Source of the DNA: Pelomyxa schiedti
Lineage: Eukaryota; Protista; Evosea
Reading direction: 5' to 3'
Length of the DNA: 64,000 bases
Assembly: GCA_020536535.1 (NCBI GenBank)
Contig: JAHLWZ010000793.1
Span: 62,001-126,000, forward strand
Position numbers and translations under genes: made by a program. This document shows positions 50,145 to 64,000 of the stretch, one piece after another; positions within the stretch are counted from its first letter, which is position 1, and every line of letters starts with the position of its first letter. The notes beneath the pieces were generated by a model. The model saw nothing but the letters and a program-made list of their open reading frames with translations. It was not told the DNA's origin and made no database searches.

Positions 50145-53100
50145 ATGGCGTCGTCGACAAGTGGCTCCCCCCACATGCAAATTGGGAGCAGCAGGAGATC
50201 GCAACAGCCGCACGCGACGACGGGCCTGTCTGGCATGCCCACAGCCCCGAGCACCCCGCCCCCACAGCCGCCACCACAGCCACCCCCCTCGCCCTCACCC
50301 ATAATCGCCGCCGACCCACCAGCGGCCGAATGTACAACTAGCCACAGCACAACCACCACCAGCAGCACCAGCAGCAACCGAAAACCCTCGGGCGGCGGAG
50401 GCGACTCCTCCAAGTCCGGCGCCGTCACGCCCACACTCACGGCAACGCCAACACCCACGCCGCCACCATCGCCCTCTCCGTCGCCCACGCCGCCGCCGTC
50501 GGTGCTGCCGCCCCCGCAACTGGCAGCACCGACGCCGACGCCCTCACCAGTCATCAGCCCCGCGACACCGCCTCCCTCATCGTGCCCCGACGGCACCACC
50601 GACACAAGCGCACACACCGACGCCTGCAGCAGCAGCAGCACCGCGGCGGCCAGAAGCAACAGCTACAGCAGCGGGGAGCAGGCGGCGGGACCAGACTCCA
50701 AGCCGCGGCTGCTGTCCGTGCCTATTTCATTGGCACCCCTGCCAGGGTGCGTTACACCCCCACCGCCATCGCCGCCGCCGTCGCTCCCTGTGTCGATGCC
50801 ACTGCCGCCGCCACTGCCTCTGCCGCTCGACGTGCCTGTGGTGGCAGCCGCGGCCCCCCTTGACGAAGACAAGGGGCGGCCCAGGGGGAGCAGCGAAGGA
50901 GCGGGAGAGGGAGAGGGAGAGGGAAGAGGGGCAGAGGGAGGCGTGGGAGCAGGGGGGAAGCGGGACGGGTCCTCTGCTGCTGAACCTCCTCCTGAGTTGC
51001 TGTCCATCCTAGACTCGTGGATGGACTTGGGCGGGGATTCCTCTGTGCCTTTGGTGTCCACCGATCCACTTGCTCTTCTGCCTGAGCCAGAACTGCTCGT
51101 CACATTTACACCGGACGAAACTCTCCTAACCGAATCAGCAGAAACGCTTGCCACTGACACACCAGTTTTCTTAACAACAGAAAAAGTTGTCACAGAAACA
51201 CCACAAACAATCCAATCTCCCTCAATAACACCAACACCCAACAAAGCAGACACTCCATCACCAGAAAGGCCATTAACTAACGTACAACTTGTATCAGAAA
51301 GCTCAACACTACCCAGCCCAAGCCTTGAGGCAGCTGAACCTAATTGCACTACCGAGCCCAAGCAAGTACCTACTGCCAACTTGTTTCCCGTAGAACCTAT
51401 TATATCCCCGGAAACTCACGGAGTTATTCAAGCAGAAAGCCCACTTTCTGTTTTACTATTAGAACCAATAGCTCCCCCACAAGAGATTCTACCACCTCCT
51501 CTTTTACCACCACAAGAAACCTCTTTTAGCACTCGCAGCCCAACACCAAGTCCGTCTCCCACACCTACCCCAAAGGCGCTATCACCACCACTTTCACAGT
51601 TCTTGGATGAAATTCCTCCCCCACCCCTTCCATTTGATGATATACCACCTCCACCTCCTACGTCTCACTCTTCACAACAATCCCAAGGGCCGACTAGTTC
51701 AACTAATACACCTGCTTGGATGAGTACATCTCCTCTTCTTTATCCTTTCCTAGCCTAATGCTCAACCCAGCAAAGCACATGCCATCAAGCCCTGTCCATG
51801 AGCAACGTATGTTGAAAGGAAATACTATATTTTGATTTAAGAAATCTTATAGCTAGACATTTGTTAGATCACCCCTTAGCAAGTCCCCTTCCTGAGCAGA
51901 AAAGTGCTTTTTTCCGCTCTCCCGTTAAAACTTATTCTGATAGGTTCCCTTCCACCTGCCATAACAACCACTCCTACATCAAACAATCCAATCCAAATAC
52001 AACCACTTCCACCTCGCCAACTGTCTTCTGGCCTTGGACTTGGTGTTGGTCTTACCCCTGGCGACAGAAGGTCGCATATGCCTGATGCTCCTCCTGCCCA
52101 ACCAGGTAGGCTCTTGTTCTCAAAAACTTCTTTGCCAGCAACTGATTTCTCCCTTCCTCATAAGCTAAGCAACATGGGAGGAACAATAGTTCAGACAATA
52201 CTAATACCCTACTGCTTAAAGTACGGTTCCAAAGGATAATAGCAATAATTAATTGTCCTAAGGTGTCAATCCTCACACCAACGGAAGTGGTTGGGGAAAG
52301 TGTGCACCTAAAGCGTTTCAAGAAGTCCCTTACTGTAAAAGAGGCAGTAGATCAGTGCAAGGGGGCACTGAATCCAAGTTGATCTGCTAAAGAGCTATCA
52401 ATGACTGATTCGTCATAGGTCTTGCACCATGTGCATTCCATATGTACTGCAATGGTATGAGACTTCCAGATGCACAGGTTCTTGGCACATGCGGCTTGGA
52501 AAATAATGTAAACAAAGGAGATTGATAAGCCGTGTACTAATTTTGCCCTCAGGAGGAAGTGAAAGTGAAACCGGAAGATGAGAACCAAGTTAGACAAATT
52601 TTTCAAACAGCCACCACTTCCACAAAAGAGAAATCTGTTGGTGAAATACACCAAGGATGTATCAAAGCAGGATATCTTATGAAAAAGAATTCGAACAGAC
52701 TGTCATCCTTCACAAAGAGGTATTTCTCACCTTTGCAACGCAATCAAAGCAGACAATCATAGGTGGTGTGTTCTTAAAGACAATTGTATTTATTATTTCG
52801 TGAATCCCAAGGTATCTTGGTGGGCCTTTCTCGCCATACTAATAAACACAGGATAGAATACCTGTTGGGCAGCTAGATTTGGATCATGCTTCAGTTCGTT
52901 TCAATTTTGACAACCCAGTGTGTATCAAGTTCTGTTACTTAAGCTGACTTGTAGTAGATTGTAAAAGAGCAAACTATATTCACAGTGCATCAACCAACAA
53001 AAATATATTACTTCAATGCCGAAACTGAAAGTGCAGCGAAGGTTTCTATCTCCACAAGCTGACACTATAATAACGTTTGTGAATAGAGCTGGTACCACGC

Positions 53101-55444
53101 AATAATGTCTAGGACAATTGAGCACTCCGTTAGTACTTAGCTTTTTCTTTCCCCCTTAACCGTTCTAAAGATAGCTGGAAGGGCTGAGTATGCAGGTTAT
53201 GTAATAAGAAAGCAGAAAGGGATTGTTGGGACCAGAAAGTATACTTCCTTTTTTTATACAAACAATTTATTCCACCATTTTTTAGATGGGCTGTACTTTG
53301 CTCACCTAATTTGTATCTCTTTGATAGCCCTGCGGTAAGACCTCTTGTCCCCTGCAGTCTTTAATGAGTCTACACAGGACACAGAGGCTTCCTTTGAGAC
53401 AGCTGTACTGTCAGCCCGTATCAAATTCAATGACGCAAGAAGGGAAATAGGGTTCACAACATTCTCAGAAAGTATTACTTTGTCCATCGAGTCAGAAAGT
53501 GAACTGGCTGTAAGGAAATTGATAATTATCTTTTTTGTTCACTTCACATAGCAATGGAAAAGCAAATTGAAGGCTGTGGTTGGCGACTGGGAAAACCAGG
53601 TTTGGTTCCTACTCAGTCTTTTCTTTTGACACATGTAGGCTGAGGTCAATACTGCATCAGCAACAGTAATAAAGCAAGGTTGGCTTTTGAAGAAAAAACT
53701 TAACAGAACTTTCTCCAACTACAAGAAAAGGTGGGTTGTACCTCAAAGAAGGAATCTAACATTATCACTTTAGATGGTGTAAACTGCAAGCTCACAAATT
53801 GTACTACATGGAATCCGAGACTTCAGCACCAATTGGGTTCTTTGATCTGCTTCATACTCAGGTGAAACCCTTAGCTGTAGAAGGAAAATTGGTATTCATG
53901 AACCCCAACAGGTCACCTTCTATCTTCCCGAAGATAGTACCACTGGGGAGAGTGCTAACATGCAATTGGCAACCCATGGTGGCTGCTATTCACTTATGCA
54001 CCCCGATTCTCCTTCGGAGTTAAAGGTATTTCTAGACCCTTTTGTGAAATGTTAAACTTCTTTATGAAGATATGGTCAGAATGCATCAAAGCAGAATGTG
54101 TGGGAGTTCCCTTCAATGTCGTGCACAAACAACATGTTGACTTCAACTACCAGTGGGGTGGTGATGACCCAAAATCCCTCTTTGAATTTAAGGGGAAACT
54201 TGGTACTGGGTATGGCAACAATTGAGTTTCCTTGCTTTTACTAATTTCTTCACAGAGCGTTTGCGACAGTATACCGAGCAGTACATAAAGAAACAAGTCA
54301 CTGTAACGTTCACTTTGGTAGCACTAACAATGAACTTAGGATTCGAAATGGCAATTAAAATATTGATGGGGGAATTTAACGAAAGCTTGCAATCTGAGAT
54401 TGATGTGCTGAAGCAATGCCGGTCGCCACAGATTGTCTCCTATTTCGGGACTATATTAAACGGCACTGAATTATGGGTAGACTTTCCCTTTTCCCTGTTC
54501 TGAATGTCAATGTCTCCAGATTTTAATGGAACACTGTGCCTGTGGGTCTGTGAAAGATATGATCCGAGCAACAGGGGTCACGTTTAACGACATGCAGCTT
54601 GCGTTTATCTGCTGCGAAACGCTCAAAGGACTTGTTCACTTGCATTCCATTAATGTCATTCATCACGATATCAAGGTACAATCTACTCTCCTGCTCGCCT
54701 ATTTATTTTTGTATTTTTTTTTATCTTGTATCGCTCAAGTCACCGCGCAGGCCGGGAACATACTGGTGAACGACGATGCACAAGTCAAACTCGGTACATT
54801 TGCCATTGGCTTTCTTACTCTAACAAGCTTCAAGCTGACTTCGGTGTGTCCAAGCAGCACCAAGACCTTAACGACCTACACGCCAACGATTTTGTCGGAA
54901 GCCCCCTATACATGTCACCAGAGGTTCTCCGAAAGACGAAATACAATCACAAGGTATTCCCTATTCACGCACACCTCTTTCATCCCATTACCGTCCCATA
55001 ACAAACCCTGCCAACCACCGATCTCATGTAACATGGCAAATTGCTAACAACAAACAGACTGACATCTGGAGCCTCGGCATAACCACGATAGAAATGGCCG
55101 AAGGGTCGCCGCCGCACAGCGGGGAGGGTGTCAACTCGTTTGAGCAGCTTCTTGAGCTTGTGATAGGGTCGCCGCCGCCAACTTTGACCAACCCCCGCAT
55201 GTGGCGGCCGGAGCTCAACGACTTTATTGCAAAGTGTCTGACACCGAACCTCGACGCACGCCCTGACACTATCACAATGCTACTGGTAACAATCTCGTCC
55301 TACAACCACAATCTCACCCCAAATGGTCTTTGCAAACTAACCGTGTTCTGTTTATAGCACCCATTCCTGAAGATAAACCCAGGTTCAGCATGCATCAAAG
55401 GAATGGTAACAACAACCCTCAAGAGGCCCATCAACAAACTGTAG
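50145..55444 (+). CDS. STE20/PAK-like Ser/Thr kinase: Pro-rich N-terminus, possible ubiquitin-fold domain, 3 PH domains, CRIB-like motif, kinase domain
   Basis: PH starts KAGYLMKK..KR|WCVL, YAGYVIRK..|WAVL and KQGWLLKK..KKR|WCKL; VGVPFNVVHKQHV; KLGTG|AFATVY, AIK, IHHDIK|AGNIL, DFG, GSPLYMSPE, DIWSLGIT.IEMAEG.PP. Confidence 0.92.
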
Positions 55445-55620
55445 CAACACCAACACCCCTAAAGAAAGAAAACCCTCCAATAACACTACAAGCCTGTAAA
55501 AAAAATAAGAATATTCGTCTTGTGTTCGCTCTGAGTCCTGCGGATTCCGGGAGACTGAACAGATTTACAGTTGCAAAACCCGTCGAGCCTGTAATTAAAC
55601 ACCAGATCCACAGACACGCG

Positions 55621-57608
55621 ATGGCGGACACAACAGCAGCGCGTGGCCCAAAGGCGAAAAAAGGCGAAGCCACGACTAGTGCAACAACAACCACCACCAC
55701 CACGTCCACCACGGCCGCTTCCAAGCCGACGGCGACGCGCGACGTGGGCGCCGACGGCGGGGCCGCGGCGGCCGCGGAGGAGGGGCAGCCGCCGACGGAG
55801 AACCGCGTGGAGGTGGTGTTCACCACCAAGCTGGGGGCGCAGTTCCGCGTGCCGCCGACGCCGTTCTCGGTCCCCGGCGACCTGGGGCGCGTGGGGCTGT
55901 GCGAGATCGTCAACAGCCAGCTCCCCGGGGGGCCCCCCGAGCACCCCATCGCCTTCGACTTCCTCGTGGAGGGCCAGATGCTGGTCACGTCTCTGCACCG
56001 GCAGCTTAAGAACATGAACTTGACACCGGTTTGCTTGTCGTTTCTTTACGTGTTTAGATGTATCTCTCGCTTTGTCGCGGAAATGTTGCCGTGCCTTCTT
56101 CTTTTTTCCTGTCGGCCGGCTGGTTTTCATGTATTTCGTAGGACGAGGGAACTATGACATTGGAGTACACGTTTTGCATTCCACCACCGTTTCCGGAGAT
56201 GACATCCCCACATGACGACTGGGTCAGCTGCGTTGCCTTCCAGCACGAGTGTGTGCCTCTCCCTACTTATTATTGGTGTGCTGCCTCCCTAATTATTACC
56301 AGTTGGGTTGTAAGTGGCAGCTACGACCAACATGTCCGACTCTGGGAGCGAAACACTGGAAAGTGCATTGCACTCCTCAAGTATGCACACCACGTTCCCG
56401 CGTCTCCCATCAAGTCAGTTACCGTGACTGACCCTTGCCCTGCTTCGGGAGGGTCTTCCTTTTCCTTCGCTACATCTTCCAAGGACAGGCTTATAAAGCT
56501 TTGGAATTTCCATGTGCATTCCCCACTTTTCTTATGGCATTATACTTACTGACGGAATGCAGTCGGTAGGGGATGGGAAGTATGACATCAAGAAACTAGC
56601 AATTTTAAGGGGCCACACAGGTTCCGTCGATAGTATTTGTTCCATTCCGTCATATGGCAGGGTACATTCCACAAGACACTTCAAAACAATATAACTCCCT
56701 TTTTAGATATGCAGTGGCTCGTGGGATCATAACTTGTGTCTTTGGAATACTAATTTCCAACCCGGTATGGCTACAGAATCACTGGAGGAGGATGCGGAGG
56801 AGGCATCCTCAAAACGCAGACGAACTACCACCTCTTCAGCAGAGAAAATTGCGGCAGTTACCCCAACTGCCACAATGATAGGCCACGTCCAACCAGTTAC
56901 CATGGTTAAGTGGCCAACATCGCACCAAGTAGTGAGTGCCGGAATGGACCACACCATAAGATTGTGGGATGTAGATGTTCACAGAAACAGCAGAACTTTG
57001 GTTTGACCTCCCTTAACATTTCTACCGTTACTCTAACATTGCGATAAAGACCAGTACCAAATCCATCAACTGTGTTGATTACAGTATCTTCAGTGGCCTT
57101 TTAGTGACTGGTCACCCCGACAAGTTTGTGAGGCTATGGGACCCACGGTCTCCCGGCGGTAAGCTTCCTTCCACTCCCTAATTCCCCCTATTTTCCCCTA
57201 CCTCATATTCAATAAAGCCCAAACAATATTTATGTATTACTTACATAAAACCAAAGCCTAACCCCACCTCCACTTTGCGCAGCACTCCCACAATTCAGAC
57301 GCCACCACACTCAGTGGATCAGCGACGCCAAGTGGCACCCCAGCAACCCGCACTTGTTCGCCTCCGTCGCGTACGACAACATGCTGGCCATATGGGACAC
57401 CCGCGCACAAGCCCCCCTCCACTCCGTCAAGGCCCACGTCGGCAAGGTGCTGTGCGTCGGCTGGTCCGACGACGGCAACTGCGTCGCCACCGGCGGCAGC
57501 GACTGCAAGCTCAGGCTGTTCAAAATGCAAGGGGGCGTCCATTCGTCAGCCACTGGACCTCAGTTGCCACCAAAGAAAATCACATCTGAACCCCTGAGCC
57601 AAAGCTAA
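55621..57608 (+). CDS. WDR12: Ribosome biogenesis protein WDR12/Ytm1 (NLE + WD40)
   Basis: VEVVFTT..PFSVP..LCEIVN..FDFLVEGQMLVTSL, HDDWVSCV, SGSYD, LRGHTGSVDSI, DHTIRLWD, VRLWDPR, WDTR..PLHSV. Confidence 0.93.
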
Positions 57609-57810
57609 GCTAAAACCAAACCAGCAACAAAACACCTAGATGCGGGTTGTTGCTGAGATTGACAAGGGGGGGAACGTGCGTGGGAGACTCCATTTTTGCC
57701 TCCCCCAAATGTTCCCCGAAACCATCGAAACACAAATAACATCCCTTGGTTCTCACGATCTCGAAAAGCAACAAACAACAAAAAGAAAAAAAATAAAAGA
57801 ACAAGGCGAT

Positions 57811-58965
57811 ATGGCAACGGCAGCACCACCGGCGACACCGACCGGAGGAGCGAAAGGAGCGAAGGGCGGAATGATCTACAGCGTCGTCGCCAAGAACGGG
57901 ACGATATTGTGCGAACACTCTATGAAGGCGGGGTCGTACAAAGAAGTAGTACAACACATTCTTGCGCACTTGCCCCCTGGCGACAGTCGCAAGTCACTCA
58001 CCCACCAGACGTGTGTTTTTCTTTTTCTTTTTCTTTTTACCCCCCCACCCCCCGCTCTGAGTTTGTTGTTATGCACATTATTAATAGAGCTCTATTAATA
58101 ATGTATTATGTACGTTGTTAATATGGCAGTAATGTGGCGTAATCAAAGTTACTTGTTAAGTGGTCATGTCCATTTTTTTGTGTTTGTAATACATGGTGTT
58201 GAGTGCCGCTCATCGTCTATGCAGATTTATTTTCCACTATATTGTCAGCAGGGGAGTGGTGTTCTTAGTTCTTGCTGATGCCGAATATGGTTTGGAAATT
58301 CCTCTCGTTTTGTATCCCCTTACATCTTGCTTAGAGTACAGGCTTCCTTTCATGTTTTTGGAGGATATCCAGAACAAGTGTGTACTTTAGACTTCCTTCT
58401 TTCAAAAATTGCCCTTCACAAATAGATTCTTTGGAACGTATCCCACCCAAATTAATGAACCCACACTTGTTCCTCGCCAATTTGAAGGGTTCGTAAGGGT
58501 TCTTAATGATCAAATGGTTTGCTGAAGTTGACTTGTTCAATTAAATAACATGGAACATTAGGACATGTTCACCAATCGTCCTCACGAAGTAGATAAGCTG
58601 ACCGCAGCAAGAACTGAGGTTGAGGCTGTAAGACAAGTTGTGACAAAGAATATAGGTATGTGCTCCCTGGGCCTCACATTTTCTGATTTTGTTAGACAAG
58701 GTTCTGGAGAGAGGTGAAAAGATTGACACTCTAGTGGATGCCACGGATAAGCTCAACACCAATGCACACACTTACCACAAGAAAGGTAAAGCTCTCAAGA
58801 AGAAGATGTGCATTCGAAATATCAAGTGGACAATTATCTCTGTTGGTTGCACCTTGGTAACTTCTATGCCTTCCCTACTACTACCACCTCTAACCACCGT
58901 AATCCGCACAGATTGTGGTTGCAACACTTGTAATTCTTCTGCTCTTCTTCCTCGGAATCATTTGA
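57811..58965 (+). CDS. VAMP7: Longin-domain R-SNARE VAMP7
   Basis: MIYSVVAKNGTILCEH, FIFHY, RLPFMFLEDI, VRQVVTKNI|DKVLERGEKIDTLVDATDKL, C-terminal TM. Confidence 0.92.
58075..58104. repeat. Perfect 30-bp palindrome ACATTATTAATAGAG/CTCTATTAATAATGT in VAMP7 intron 1
   Basis: The two 15-nt arms are exact reverse complements with no spacer. Confidence 0.95.
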
Positions 58966-59091
58966 AGAGGGAGATGGCCATCTGCACACCACACTTTCAA
59001 AAAAATTACCCTAAATAGTACTATTAGCAGAAAACCAAAATCAAGAAACAAACAAGAAAAAAAAACTTGCCAGACAAGGAGGTTCTTGGTA

Positions 59092-60346
59092 ATGGGGGGC
59101 AGAGTCAGCCACCAGGCTTCTACTTCAACAGGGACAGGGCACCATCACCACCACCTGCACCGACACCACCGACACACGTCAGGGTCGCCTGCACCACCTT
59201 CGCAGGTGCCGTCGCCCTCACTGTCCCCGTCCCCGTCCCCGTCACCCTCGCCACTCGGGGAATGGGACGGCGGCGTCCAGGACGAGACGTTGGCAGCCAC
59301 CGCGGGGATGACGGTGGATGTGGTGCGGTCCATCATGCGGATGTGGCCCCAGCGCACCGCTGCTAGCGGCCCCGGCACCGGGACCGGGACGGGAGGGGGA
59401 GCCGCGGCGACAGCGAGCACGGGGACGGGGACGGAGATGGAGTTGGACCTGGGGGAGTTCAAGGGGTTCGTGGGGCGAGTGGCTAAGCAGCACCCTGATT
59501 TGGAGCCGGCTTTGGGTGACCCCTTGTTCGCGGAATGCCTCTTCAATTTATTTGACTCTGACCACAACGGTGTGCTGGCTGGGCCTTTTTTAATAATTGG
59601 TTTCTGATTCTTGGCATTATGTTAACAACAGACACTGTTGCTTAACTTAATTACACTAAGTTGGTGGGAATACGTGTAATTGTATGACATTCTTTTTGTT
59701 TGTTTCATTATTTGGGTTGCTTGGCAGGAAGAATATCGGCCAAAGAGTTCTTTGGTGGGCTGGGTGTTATGGCTCGCTGTGACAAGCAAGAAAAGGCTAC
59801 GCTGTTGTTCCATGCTTGTGACCAAAATGGTAATTTTTACGTATTCCTTATTCTGGAGTTGATAGTTTGTGGCAGGAGATGGCATGGTTACAATTGCTGA
59901 AATGAAGGAGACAATGAAAAGAACAATTTCTTCAGCAAGAACTATGATCCAAGCTCAAGTCAAATACCACCTGACGGCCCAAACAGGCAGCGTGTTTGGA
60001 AGTATGCCTTACTTGTGTCTAAGGAGGCTAATTTGCACTACAAGGTTCTTATATCTGCAATTTGGTTAGCAGGATGATGGCACTCGATGAAGAGAGAAAT
60101 GCTGTGTCTATATTTGAGAGTGATGTCAATCGGGATGGAACTCTGAGTCTCCAAGAGTGGTTGACCAATTACCAGTCGAATGCTGCACTGCAGAGATTCT
60201 TCGAATTTGCCACAGGCGAGGTTGTAGTTCCAGGAGATAAACTCAAGGGTATGGACACCGATGAGCTGGTCAAAGTTCTGGCCAGCCAGTTTCCGGCCCT
60301 ATCACCAGAAACGCATTTGCACCTAGCAGTCACCGTCAAATCTTAA
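59092..60346 (+). CDS. N-myristoylated EF-hand calcium sensor (NCS/recoverin/calcineurin-B-like)
   Basis: MGGRVS myristoylation motif; LFNLFDSDHNG|RISAKEF, LFHACDQN|GDGMVTIAEM, DVNRDGTLSLQEW. Confidence 0.87.
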
Positions 60347-60529
60347 TCCCTATATGTGTTATCTATATTGTAAAAATAACGGGTCTGTTATCCCCTGGAT
60401 AGCTTAGGATAGCTGCCGGTTCTAATCAAATGGCAATAATTTTCCTTCCAAAACCAACTGTGTCGGTGCCGAGGAAAAATCAAACAAGAAAGCACACAAA
60501 ACAAAAAAACCAGGCCGCTAGACACGACC

Positions 60530-64000
<3,471 letters not shown>

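Overview
This is gene-dense, intron-rich eukaryotic nuclear DNA, not a prokaryotic window. Genes are split by many short spliceosomal introns (mostly about 40-55 nt, GT-AG, with at least two GC-AG), so the ORF track shows only fragments. I rebuilt gene models by hand-splicing; outer coordinates are start and stop codons, and some internal junctions are uncertain. About 26 genes are supported. Named orthologues: ARS2/SERRATE, PEX13, ERGIC3, DDA1-like, ubiquitin-RPS27A, ATE1, tectonic, Src1/MAN1-like, PPIL1, BMS1, WDR12, VAMP7 and BRR2 (5' part). Family-level calls: PLAC8, DUF4140/4139, ADF/cofilin-like, ankyrin-TBC, microbial-type PARG, SH3BGR-like, a 3xPH-CRIB-STE20 kinase and an NCS-type EF-hand protein. 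The rest are low-complexity or unknown proteins. Gene content and style (peroxin, ciliary gene, tiny introns, 'AMGAHPRCG' family) suggest a flagellated amoebozoan such as a Pelomyxa-like archamoeba; this is inference, not a database result. I found no rRNA, tRNA, CRISPR array or autonomous mobile element. The most notable oddities are: (1) a ubiquitin moiety ending LRLDGG (R74D), created across a splice junction; (2) an ATE1 with an N-terminal CUE-like domain and an ArgRS-N-like insert; (3) a zinc-finger gene whose frame stays open for 102 codons past a TAA; (4) a non-RD STE20 kinase with Asp at the activation-loop phosphosite; (5) a perfect 30-bp intronic palindrome. I did not find one clear multi-gene novel system.
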